A DNA stretch of 63,814 nt, filler included, from Vannella sp. (Eukaryota), in the NCBI GenBank assembly GCA_023345925.1. It is 8 parts of 8 records of this genome, joined end to end, with 100 filler letters (N's around TTAATTAATTAA, not from the genome) between each part and the next. Parts side by side here need not be neighbours in the genome. Positions count along the whole stretch, not along the records: positions 14,785 to 22,651 come from JAJQQN010000101.1; positions 22,752 to 30,564 come from JAJQQN010001174.1; positions 30,665 to 39,467 come from JAJQQN010000907.1; 5 more parts are not named here. The stretch is one strand, 5' to 3'. Positions 21,334-32,294 of the stretch are shown here, piece after piece. Position numbers and translations under genes: made by a program. A model generated the notes under the pieces. It was not told the origin of the DNA, did not search any database, and worked only from the letters and a program-made list of their open reading frames with translations. How positions within the stretch are numbered: the first letter of the stretch is position 1; each line of letters starts with the position of its first letter.

Positions 21334-22651
21334 ATGGGGAAGCCAAGGAAAGGAGCTGCCCCAGTGGCTTCCTCGTTCCCTCCTGTCATCAAGTATGGCC
21401 TCATTGCTTTGGTAGTCCTTCTGGTTGGTATGTGAGACGGGACAGTGAGGGGCGATGTTGACGTTCATCAGGTACATCCGCGATCTCCCAACTGGTTCGA
21501 GCAGGGACCCCAAAGAAGCAGGATCCAGCTTTCAAGGTCACTGAGGATTGGTCGGCCTTCCGTCAGTGGTGTGCAGCCAAGGAGATTGTAGGAGCCTTTG
21601 AAGTTGTCGTTCGGGACGGAAGGCGCGTCGCTGTCGCTACTCGGGCGATCAAGGTGAATCTTACGATGAAGAATGAGTTCTAGATACTAACTCCATGCGC
21701 CTTCAGGCAAACACAAGTGTACTGGAAGCCAGAGTGTCCAGTTTGGGCTCCTCCCACTTGATATTGAAGGAGTCTTACCTTCGTCTCTACCCGGTAGGCG
21801 CTTATACTCTTACCAAAGGTTCAAGACCAAAGGTCTCATCGAATGTGAAAGGGATGGGCTCAGGAGAAGCCTGACATGGACGCTTCCATCGCCTACTTGA
21901 TGAACGAACGGTACAACTTGGACTCTGCTTACCGCCCCTTCTTGGGTCTGTGCACAGTAGTCTGGTAATGCTGTGTCTCATTGAATGTGTAGAGTCGCTG
22001 CCCCAGTCCTTCCCTGAGGTCCCCTTGATGTGGGAAGATGAGGAACTGGACCTGTTGTCCTTCGCTGGCCTCGACTTAGCGGTCCGTCGCGCTCGCGTAC
22101 TGAACCAAAGAACCTACGAAAGACACCACAGGGACCTATTCTCGGTATGGGAGCATCATCATGTACCATGCGGGTGTGAGTTTCTCACTCCCTTGGCACA
22201 GAAAGACAAGCATTTCTCTCCTCGATGCACCTACGAAGACTGGGTGTGGGCTTCTCTCGTGTTCCAAACGCGTGGCTTCCCCACAACCAATCCAGATGGA
22301 ACCATCGGAAGTCTCCTGGTGCCTTTTGGTGACATGCTGAACCACCAGCCAGGACCCAAATCCAGTGGAATGACTGCAGCTGGGAACGTCTTCTTCCTCG
22401 CTGCGAATCAGGACTTCGAAGTGGGGGATGAGGTTACAATCTCTTATGGTCCTCGGTCGAACCTTCAATTGCTCTACCAGTACGGCTTCATCATCGAGGA
22501 TAACCCAGATGACTATGTGGGTATCACTGTGGACATCAGTCAGAAGGAAATCGACACGGATGTGGGGTAAGGATAGAGGACAAGGTCCGCTGCAAGTTTC
22601 TCAACACCCTTGTAGGCCCAAACAGGCGACCTATCACCTCAAGAAGGGCCA
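21334..22651 (+). CDS. SET-domain lysine methyltransferase (SETD3/Rubisco-LSMT-like), multi-exon, 3' truncated; start uncertain
   Basis: AFRQWC..GRRVAVATRAIK, WVWASLVFQTRGF, LVPFGDMLNH and GDEVTISYGPRSNLQLLYQYGF. Confidence 0.85.
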
Positions 22652-22751
22652 NNNNNNNNNNNNNNNNNNNNNNNNNNNNNNNNNNNNNNNNNNNNTTAAT
22701 TAATTAANNNNNNNNNNNNNNNNNNNNNNNNNNNNNNNNNNNNNNNNNNNN
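22652..22751. other. Artificial contig linker
   Basis: N44-TTAATTAATTAA-N44. Confidence 0.99.
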
Positions 22752-22770
22752 AAAAGATGGTCAAAGAAGT

Positions 22771-23916
22771 TTGCTCATCTTTTCACTTGTCTCCTTTCAT
22801 ATTCCTCATCAAAGCGCACTTGTGAGTCCTCGTTCATCATCATCATTCATTGGGATGCCTTTCGGCAGTCACACTCTCCTCCTCTCCCTCGAAGGGGCCC
22901 TTTTCGCTTTTGGAAGGAACGAAGAAGGCCAACTCGATCTCGGTCACAAGAACCACCAATTGCAACCTACAGAGGTCTCTTGGAATGGCCCGCAACCGGT
23001 TCAAGTGGACTGTGGATGGCAACACTCTCTCGTCCTTGATGCGGAGGGCGGTGTGTGGGATGCTGGGTGCTCTCGGTCCTCTTCTCTCACCTTTCAGGAA
23101 GTGCTTGGTTTGCCTTGTATCGTTTTGGTGGCTGCTGGCGATTTGCACAGCGCTGCCATCGACAGGGAAGGCGGTCTTTGGGTGTGGACGAGCAGACACT
23201 CCTCTTGGGCGAACTCTGTCCCACAACGACTGAAAGGCCTCCCTCCACTCATCAAGGTGGCTTGTGGAAACTACTTTCTCGTGGCAGAGGCCGAAGAAGG
23301 CCTCTGGGTCTTGGGTAACAACTCCTTCGGGCAACTGGGCCTCGGCCACACCGACAGCGTTCTTCAACCGACCTTTGTTCAGGTAGAGAACTGTTCCCAA
23401 GGACCTCTCCGATGCCTGGCTGTCTTCTATGAAGGAGTGATCCTCATCGACTCGCAAGGAGGCGTCTTCTCCTCTGGAGGCAACTTATATGGCCAACTGG
23501 GGCGCTCTTCTGGGGATGCTTCAAAGCTTCAGCAAGTTGATAACATCCCTCCCATGCTTGCAGCCTCCTGTGGAAAGTATCACACTCTCTGTCTGGATGA
23601 GAATGGCAACGTCTGGGCCTGGGGATGTGGTAAAGAAGGGCAATTAGGGACTGGCACGACTTCCAATAAGCGTCAACCCACTTTGGTACCTTCTTTGAAA
23701 GGTATAAGCGCCCTGGTCGCGGGAATGGACTATTCTTTGGCGTTCCCACAAGAAGGCGGCCTGCTTGTCTTCGGATCTAACTACTTTGGACAACTCGGAC
23801 TCGAATCCTCGACCAAGCATCCAAGCAAGCGAACCACTCCCACGCGTTCAGCTCTCCAGCCCGCTCTTCCTCATTCTTTCACGCGAAGCAGAAAGAAAAG
23901 CGCCCGCTTTCTTTAA
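22771..23916 (+). CDS. RCC1-repeat beta-propeller protein, 5' probably truncated
   Basis: Repeated CGxxHSL...G.VWAWG....GQLG units (GNNSFGQLGLG, CGKYHTLCLDENGNVWAWGCGKEGQLG). Confidence 0.9.
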   Translation: MLIFSLVSFHIPHQSALVSPRSSSSFIGMPFGSHTLLLSLEGALFAFGRNEEGQLDLGHKNHQLQPTEVSWNGPQPVQVDCGWQHSLVLDAEGGVWDAGCSRSSSLTFQEVLGLPCIVLVAAGDLHSAAIDREGGLWVWTSRHSSWANSVPQRLKGLPPLIKVACGNYFLVAEAEEGLWVLGNNSFGQLGLGHTDSVLQPTFVQVENCSQGPLRCLAVFYEGVILIDSQGGVFSSGGNLYGQLGRSSGDASKLQQVDNIPPMLAASCGKYHTLCLDENGNVWAWGCGKEGQLGTGTTSNKRQPTLVPSLKGISALVAGMDYSLAFPQEGGLLVFGSNYFGQLGLESSTKHPSKRTTPTRSALQPALPHSFTRSRKKSARFL

Positions 23917-24127
23917 CACACTTTGGCATGGGCACTTGCCGTGCCCAAAGGTGGATGCCTCTAATGAATGCAAAGGGGTCAGAACACTACTCAAAAGCTC
24001 CCGACAAAGACACTACAATATGGCTGATGAGAAGCTTTCTTTTGGGATTGGGTGGTGGAACGCTATAGCAGGAACATTGGACTGAGCCATTCTCGGGGAT
24101 TTCACACCTTACAGATGTGAAAGGAGG

Positions 24128-25666
24128 TTAGTGAGTTGTGGACGCGGCCAGAAAGTGGATGAAACTGCTTTCTCGAGAAAGGGTGGAGTCGGAGTCCCAG
24201 TATTCAGGGATAAGGACGGCATTCTCCCCTTTCAATTGGATGCAAGTCTGGACGGTCTGGGTGATCCAAACCAGGTTCTTTTGGAGTTGAGATTTCATTC
24301 TGGAGGTGAACAGAGGAGCTTCTCTCATGTTTGGCTCGTAAATGTTTGAAATGCGTTCCATGATATCTCCCAGGGTATACTTGGTGGTGGTGAGCATCAT
24401 TATTCTTCGTGTTAACTGCTCGGGAAAGACACAGAAGCGTTGAAGTGGATGTGACTTCCGAATGTCTGAGGCTATGGAGGACCATTGGGCCCGGTCGTTA
24501 TCAATATAAACCATCGGACCCCGTTTTCCAGTCTCTGGATTGATCAAGTAATGCTGGTTGTGACGGAACCGGGAGACGGTCCCAATAATGATCCCAAACA
24601 AGTGTCCAGTAATCAATTCCAGGGCCCATTTGATCTCTTCTGGCTCCGATTGGCGCGAAATCTTCATTCTGCCTTCGAGTAGCTCCTCAACTTCTTCCCT
24701 TTTCAGCTCAGATAAGCGAGGAGCTTCTGTCTGCCATAGAGAAAACGGAAGAAGCTTCACCGCAAAAGGTGACCAGCCAATGAGGCTCCCCTCTGCACCT
24801 GTTTCATCGTGTTGCCCGCAATGTCTCATAACTGTTTCAATCCTACGAGATGCGTCCTCATTGGACGCAGTTTGAGAAAGAGTGAAAAGATCACTTGAAG
24901 ATATGAATCGAGGCACGACTGCGGGCGCTCGGTTGAATTGGAGGATCCTGTCGATATGGAATGCCATAATCTCTGACATATAAGTCTCTCCGTTACCAGT
25001 AGAGAGTGTGCAAGGCTTCCAATAGGCACTTAATGAAGGGTCCATTTTGGCGCGCATTCCCCCATTCTGTGTTCCTTTGGATTCTCGGCCCATCTTTCGC
25101 TCTTCTTTCCTTGTTACTACTGAAAGTATCCGATCTATGCTTTGGATGGGCTCCTAATCGAAGCTGTCAGCATCTTCAGGGTGTTTGAGCGGGTGACTTG
25201 CCGTTCGGAGGCGAAGCATCCAAAGATAGTTGCAGATTGGATCCGCAGTCATGCGAAAGTAGGATGTCTGTGGAGCTTCTAAGGGATCTAGTTGAGTTTG
25301 ATCTCCCCAGCAATCGTCCCAGGACGGTAGGAACAATGGGGAGTCTGTGACTAGCGATTGAGGCAGTTTGTGATCTCTGTTGCCCAGCCACCCTTTCTCT
25401 GCCTGTAGAATATGACTCTTTGAAGCTACTTCAACAGCTGCTACCACAGCTGGCCAAGCATCTGCCATAAAAAACATCTCGCGCTCCTCCCACTCGCCCC
25501 AGTACCGCCCTGTTTGGGCTTTCTCCCACTCTGAGTAGCGTCCTAAGACTCCCTTAGAAGGGTGTCTCCCATACGAATGAAAGAAGTAGCGATAGTTCAC
25601 CACAACAAGCAGAAACAGCGCCAAACTTGCGAGTACCCAACGACACTTGGCCCGCTTCCCGAACAT
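24128..25666 (-). CDS. Fam20C/Four-jointed-like secretory-pathway kinase-fold protein, type II membrane; GC-AG intron
   Basis: N-terminal signal anchor WVLASLALFLLVVV, AYWKP, SEIMAFHIDRILQFNRAPAVVPR, VYIDNDR and PLQRFCVF. Intron 25154-25201 joins the two ORFs in frame. Confidence 0.75.
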
Positions 25667-25720
25667 GAAGAAAGTGACCTTCTGAAGAGTCTGAACGCTT
25701 TATGTACAAGAGCCTTTCCT

Positions 25721-28700
25721 TTAAAGCATGATCTTTTCACTTCTCAGCTGGGCCAGAAGCTCCTCAGCATCGCGACTTTTACCCCAAACGACGCCGGAAG
25801 TGGGAATGGACACTGGCTCCGGCACCTTCTCCTTTTCCTTTCTCCGGCTAAAGGCCATACTCATCCGTTTGTAGGCGTTGTTGGACTTGGCGGGAGCCAC
25901 TGGTTCTGGTACAGGAGTAACTGGCTCTGGCACAGGAGCAACTGGAGCGGGCTTCTCGGAGTTCTTCCTGTGGAAGCGAAGTGACATGCTCTTTCCGACA
26001 TCAGCCAGCGACGGGGTGGATGGCTTGGGAGCAATAGGAGGAGCAAATGATGGTGGACCATCAGATTTCGGGATTTGGGGCTTCTCGGGAATGGGCGGGC
26101 CAGCGCGAATGTATGTTTGCTGAGGTGGTATTGGGACTTCTTCTAACTCAGGAGAGGGACTTCGAGGCGACTGGGAGCCCTCGGGAGTATCAAAACCAAG
26201 GTCATCCGCAAGGTCAGTGACTTGTTCGGTTTCAACAAAGTCCATTAACTCCCTGATAAGGTCGTCATCGTCGTTGTCGTCGTACATCATATTGTCCCAC
26301 TCGGCTCTTTGACGAGCCGCAGAGAGTTTGCTGTCTTGAGCCGTGCTGGCTTTTACCTCTGTCAAGATGACCACTGGAATCTCTGGAAGTTCAGGAAGAA
26401 CAGTGTTTTCAGAAGACATTTCTTCCTCAAGAGAGAGAGCAACTTGATGGTTTGAATTAGAAACATCTTGGAGAGGTTCCGAATGAGAGTCAGCCTTAGG
26501 ATCAGAGGGAGAGATGTCTCTACTTTCTTCAAACGCGGGTTGGGTTTGTATCTCAAGGGAAGTAGTCGGCTTGGGGGGCGCTGCTGTGTCAGCCTTAGTT
26601 ACTTCTGGTGCAGGTTGACGTTTTGGCTTAGGAGGAGGAGCCGGCTTGGGTGGAGGGGATCTGATTGCATTGGCAATTGCTGTTGGCAGAGTCCTGGGGA
26701 CACCGGCCGTTAGTTCTTTGGCTCCACTTGGAGGTGCTTGAACAGCTCGAGGTTTTGGAGGAGGAGCTTTGTCCAATGGCGCAGATGGCTTAAGAGGAGG
26801 ACCTGAAAGAGGTGCAGTTGGTCTCGGAGGAGGTCCAGAATTGAGTGCTATTCCTTTTGCAGGTACTAAGGTAGATACTGGCATTGGAGGAACATTAGAA
26901 CTGACCATAAGACTTGCTGGTGCTATCTCTTTCGCCTTTGGTTTGGGTGGGGGCCCAGGAGCTGATGACTTAAATGGTTGAACAGGTGCTAATTGTTTGT
27001 TAGCTTCTGACTTGTTCGCAGGAGCAACAGAACTAGCGAGTGATTGTGGATCAGCAGTCTGGTCCTCCCCATTTTTGTTATTTTGATTGTCTCGAAGTTC
27101 GTCATGGGAATCTCCTGATCCGACCTCAGGAGTTGTCAATACAGCTGGCGAAGTAAGTGGCTCTACCTTTGGAGACACACTTGAGTCTGATGAAGGGAGC
27201 GGCGACTTCACTGGAATAGGAGGAAGTGCGCCACGCGAAATTGGTGGATTTGGCCGTGCCAAAGGGTTGGGACTTGATCCTGATCTGGCTCCCGGTGCCA
27301 TACTAACAGCTCTCCCGGAGTTTTGCTTGAGGGCCCGAAGAGGCGACGGGGGAGCCTGAGGAGGTGGTGAAGCCGGATAATTGACCTTTGAAGGGCGCTC
27401 CCCGAGTGTTTGCCCCGTGGACAAAACGATTTTCTGCCTTGGAGAAACCATTCGCAATGAAGTCGCTGTTGGTCTGCTTGTTGGTGCAGACGACCTGAGA
27501 TTGACTGAAGATTTGGCAGGAACTAAGGGTGGCGGATTGACACTACTTTCGCTGGTGGCAGTGGGGCGAGGTACATGTGTTATGGGTCTGTTTCGGACAA
27601 CTGATCCTTCAGAGTCTGTCCGGAAAGGCGCTGTCACTGGCACTGCCGGAAGGCTCCCTCGGGAAGCAGCGGGCGGAACAGCTCGTAAGCCAAGGTTCTT
27701 TGTTCCACCAGCCAACTTATTCTTCAGCTCGTCATGCATATTGCGTGGTAACGGCACTGCTTTTGGTCGGTCCTCCTGTGGCGTGGGTCTACTCTTCCCA
27801 ACTGATGGAAGTCTCCTGGAGCCAGGACGCCCTGGTGGTTGAGGTTTTTCCATCTGCAGCGTTACAGGAAGAGCTGTACCAGTCTGTTCTGTTGTTGTTT
27901 CAGAGTCATAGAGCATTCTCCGTTTGGCAAGGATGTCTGCCATCTTCGAGTCTCCTGAAAAGTCAACAAGAATAGACGAGCGTTGCAACAAATTAGATGA
28001 GGTGCTAGGTACAGCTGCAGTAGCTCGTTTGTGAGAATCTAGATGATCCAAGTGTTGCCTTCTTTCAGGTTTAAGAGGACGGCACTCTGGATTCGCCAGC
28101 AAGTGCCCCAGTACCCGCTCAACGATCTCACAACCTGTTGACGAATCAACAGACAACGAAGCAAGAGCAGCAAAGCGTCCAGTCACTTCCAAAGGCCCAG
28201 AGTGACCGTAAACACCCGGACCAAAGACAATTCCCATGTTGCTGGGGATCATCATGTTCTTGTCACTGTGCCTGGAAATGTCCACGAGCAGCTCAAACAA
28301 CCATTTGGTTAAGGCACTCTCCAAAGGAGGCAGCTCCTCCCAAATCTTAAAGAGCCGCCCCTCATCTTCCAGAATGTCTTTGTGAATTGTCCCAAAGATT
28401 CGCTTTGGAAGGTCTTTGAACCAACGCTACTGGGTCATTAGAGGCTGCAGTGGCTATGAATAGGGTGGAGAGGCTCACTTTGATGAGGGTCGCCACCGAA
28501 TGGACTTCCACGCATTGGACAGGAAGGCCTTTGTTGAATTGGTCGATCATTCGCTTCATCTCCACCTCATTACCCGCCTTCCGGAAGATGCCTTCTTCCT
28601 CCATTGGATCGAGCAGCATGAGCATATCACGCAAGTCCACAAGAACTTCTGGAACCTCCACGCCAAGGTCAGACACGAGCGGGAGGGTGTTTGCATCGAC

Positions 28701-29789
28701 GCTGAAGACCACTTGAATCGGTCGTTGCGCTGGTATGCATTGCAAACGTGCCTGCAAGGTGGCAGTCAGAGCCAAGCTCGGTATGAGGCAGAAGAGAGGA
28801 ACAAACCGGAGTGGGAAGTGGAAAGGCGTCGAGCGGGTCATCTAAGTTGAGCATTTGCCCTTTCTGTGTGCCCATGTTGAGGCACAATGCGTAGAAGCGA
28901 GAGAGGACCACTTGGTGAGACTTCTCAAGGAACAGTTCCAACACCTCCCGGAAGGTTTGGGAAGTGCTCATCTTGAACGCCTTTTGCAGCCCAAACTGAT
29001 CAGACTGAACGATCACAGGGATCTCTGTTCCCATTGCCCCGGAAATGCTCTTCCACCGTTGTCCCATGGCTGTGGCTTGAGCAAGAACGAGGGTATCCTG
29101 CTTAACGATGAGTCCTTCGGCCCTACTCCGCTCTTTTCAGGTGCTCTTACTGCTTGTGATACGCGGTATGAACGTAAGGTACGGTGATACTCAAGAGGGA
29201 TGCCATGAGGGATGCTAAAGAGCAAGTTTGAGTTCACATGAGAGGCTGAAATAGCCAAACAGGCTCACCTGTTGGAGTTACTTGTGTTTGAGAGTAACAG
29301 GAGCTCATGAGCTGGTGTACGGTTTGTAACAGTAGACGATAAGATGTCAAAGTCAGCTGCTTTGCAGTTCTGCTCTTCGATGAAGAGAACGGCTTCCGTG
29401 ACGGTCATTAGCGGGCTGAGACCAAACGTCTGCTCTTCCTGAGCGTTAGTGATGTAAACACTGATCTTGACCATCGTCTGACGGAGGTGTAGTGTTCGCT
29501 AGAGGACGTCCAAACTGTTAACCTTTGGTGTTTGTCCAAGCGAGAAGGGAGAACGCCTCACTGTGGGTAATAAGATGGCCTTGGTTGAGAGGCTGATGAT
29601 CTTCAGAGAGTCCTGCTCTTGCGAGAACCCGTAAGCCTCATCTGTCTTATGTTTGAGCCCTGTTGCGTCTAACGCTCTCAAAAGCAGCTCAGCGACAGTT
29701 GCATAGTTGGACACTTGTATCTTCAAGTCGAGAGCTTGACTGTTGTCTCTCCGCACGTTCTGGATGCAAATCACAAACTCTTCACTCAT
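25721..29789 (-). CDS. RhoGAP-domain protein with N-terminal ubiquitin-like regions and long proline-rich tail (multi-exon)
   Basis: EEGIFRKAG (arginine finger), VHSVATLIK, NMMIPSNMGIVFGP, and an extended PPPKP-rich C-terminus. Confidence 0.85.
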
Positions 29790-30564
29790 CAGAGCAAATG
29801 GGAGCAGCGAGAAGGTCAACCGCCCAAACGACGGGTTAAAAATGGATCTGAATGGTAGTTGTCACAACTTGTTTAAAAGCCAACTTTTAGGAACCTTTGC
29901 AGGATCAAGCACTCTCCGGCCGGCCTGAGTAGAACCATCTTCAGATGAAGAAGCCTGACCGATTCGCCAAGCAATGGCGCGTCTTTTGTGTTCCTCATCG
30001 TCCACTGGATCAGAGCTTCTTCCACTCCTTCCATATCCTCGTCCTCCGGACACTCAGAAGAACCTCTTCCATCTCCCTCATCTTCCCAAGAGATGGACCC
30101 AGTCACACCCAGTCACCCCTTCAACTCGCTCGCTTGTGGGCCATTAGGAATCAAATCCTTCCCATTGAAGTCAGAAAAAGTGCACATTTAGAATCAAAGA
30201 AGGGGTCGCTGTGAGGGAAAGGCCATTTACATTTTGGCGGGAAGGAAAGGGGGTCATTGGTGGGTTGGGGTTACGCTTTTTCGGGTCATTCTTCCCCATG
30301 CCGCCCAAGCGAAAAGCGAAGCCAGAGCAAGAAGTGGAGGGCACGCCAGCTCATAAGAGAGGTGTACGCGAAAGGCGAGCACCAGTCAGGTATACTGGAG
30401 GAGAACAATTTGAGGTGTTGGCATCCCCTCCAAGGAACCGCCTGCAAGACCCAGTTCTTGGCGCATCTTCTCCTCCGAAGAAGGCGAGAAAAGTTGGGCG
30501 TAGTGACACCCCCAAGCTCCTTAGCTTCTCCGATGATCAACGCCCGGATGAGCCTGGTTCAGCT

Positions 30565-30664
30565 NNNNNNNNNNNNNNNNNNNNNNNNNNNNNNNNNNNN
30601 NNNNNNNNTTAATTAATTAANNNNNNNNNNNNNNNNNNNNNNNNNNNNNNNNNNNNNNNNNNNN
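30565..30664. other. Artificial contig linker
   Basis: N44-TTAATTAATTAA-N44. Confidence 0.99.
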
Positions 30665-30935
30665 AGAGGACACTCTTGCTCGCTCTCTTCGATCACATCC
30701 GAACGACTTGGCAGAGGCCATTCGGGAAGCCATGGAGTTGTGCCATGCCCCAGCAATAACTTCAAAAAGGATGACCTTTTGCCTCACGATGTAATATCGG
30801 GGTCTTTATCTTTAGGACAAGCGAAAAATGGAAGAGAATTTTCATTGTTTCATTTCCAGGAAAAAGTCAAACGAACTTTCCTACCGGATTGATTTGGGCG
30901 CGGGTGTTGACAGGGAGAAACATAACTTTCTGACC

Positions 30936-32060
30936 ATGGCTTTGGGAGACGAACAAGATGTGACCTCTGAGTCTCAGAGACTCCTGATCAATGAAGGGCC
31001 GAATGAGCAAACAAGCACTGAGGGTGGTGGGCACTTTCGTGAGCTGGTTTACTCCCTGGAGGGAGCGCTGTTCCATCAAGTAACAGTCACAGAGGAGATT
31101 GCTGGCTTCTTTGAGTTGGACTGCTACTCTGATGAAAGGCCAAGACAGATCAACAACGTCCACATGACGATATCCTTACCAAAAGAGGGTGATACCTCTC
31201 GAACGTGCCGTATCTGCCAAGACGATGAAGCAGACGACCCCAAACGAACTCTGATAGCTCCCTGCAGATGCAGTGGAAGTGGCAAATGGGTTCACCGCGA
31301 CTGCATTGATGAGTGGCGAGCCCGAAGCATGAACCGCGAGAACTTTGTTCGATGCTCCACTTGCAAACAAGCCTTTGTGCTTGAGAACATGTCTCATCTT
31401 GGGGAGGAGGTCCGAAGCTTGCACAAAGCCAAGGTAGCGAAGCATCTGATCCTCTTTTTCAGCACAATCCTGTTCTTCCTGCTTCTGACGGTTTGCATCA
31501 CCGGTTTAGTCAACTACTACAGCTTCCCATTGGAGAGGTTCCTTCCCACGTGGTGGACAACAGGCTTCGGACGATTCCTCTTCGGTCTTTTGATGGGAAT
31601 CGCCATGTTCTTTGCCATCTGTGGAGCCTTGTTCATTATGCTCTGGTGTACTCGATTGTTTGTTGGCGAGTGTTGCGCTTCGTCTCTAACGAGGTTCTAT
31701 TGCTGCTTTATCTGCCTTTCTCCCCATCATCCTCCGGCTCCTTCGAGAAGCCTGCACAATTCTGACTCGAGTTCTTCATGCTCGAATGGCTGCTATTGTG
31801 GTGATTTTGGAGGGTGCAGTGGTGGTGGATGCGGTGGATGTGGTGGATGCAGTGGTGGCAGTGCAGATGGGGAAGCGTTATTGATCTTCCTTTTGATCAT
31901 TTTCATTCTTTTGGTCCTCATTGGGGTCATCGCAGTTGTCGTATTCTCTGTGATTGTGGTGAGCGAAGTCCTACGACGACATGTTGTTGTGTTGGAGCAC
32001 CGTTCCTTGGCCCATTTGTACCCGCTGAGAGATCTATCCGCAGTAGCTTTACCTGTATGA
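30936..32060 (+). CDS. RING-CH (MARCH-like) membrane E3 ubiquitin ligase
   Basis: CRICQ..LIAPCRCSGSGKWVHRDCIDEW..CSTC followed by three hydrophobic segments and a Cys/Gly-rich loop. Confidence 0.9.
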   Translation: MALGDEQDVTSESQRLLINEGPNEQTSTEGGGHFRELVYSLEGALFHQVTVTEEIAGFFELDCYSDERPRQINNVHMTISLPKEGDTSRTCRICQDDEADDPKRTLIAPCRCSGSGKWVHRDCIDEWRARSMNRENFVRCSTCKQAFVLENMSHLGEEVRSLHKAKVAKHLILFFSTILFFLLLTVCITGLVNYYSFPLERFLPTWWTTGFGRFLFGLLMGIAMFFAICGALFIMLWCTRLFVGECCASSLTRFYCCFICLSPHHPPAPSRSLHNSDSSSSCSNGCYCGDFGGCSGGGCGGCGGCSGGSADGEALLIFLLIIFILLVLIGVIAVVVFSVIVVSEVLRRHVVVLEHRSLAHLYPLRDLSAVALPV

Positions 32061-32294
32061 TCCATCTACCAATTACTTTGAACTATTGAGCTCCACAAAG
32101 GGTCAGCAGACTCATAATGGATGTTCTCCTTCTCTTAACCAGTTGGACTCATTCTTTCCTTTGTTTGAATACAACCCAAATCATTTGGTAACCTTGATAT
32201 GTGGATTAAGGGGACATGGGTTCGAACCGATTTCCCGCCGTTTCCCGCTCTCTTAGAGGTCATTGTTATCTACCAACTCGTTGTGGGGAGCCCT

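Noticed and set aside
30298..30564. Truncated basic ORF (MPPKRKAK..., SP/TP sites) reminiscent of a Cdc6-like N-terminus
   Set aside because: Only low-complexity sequence precedes the contig end, too little to assign.
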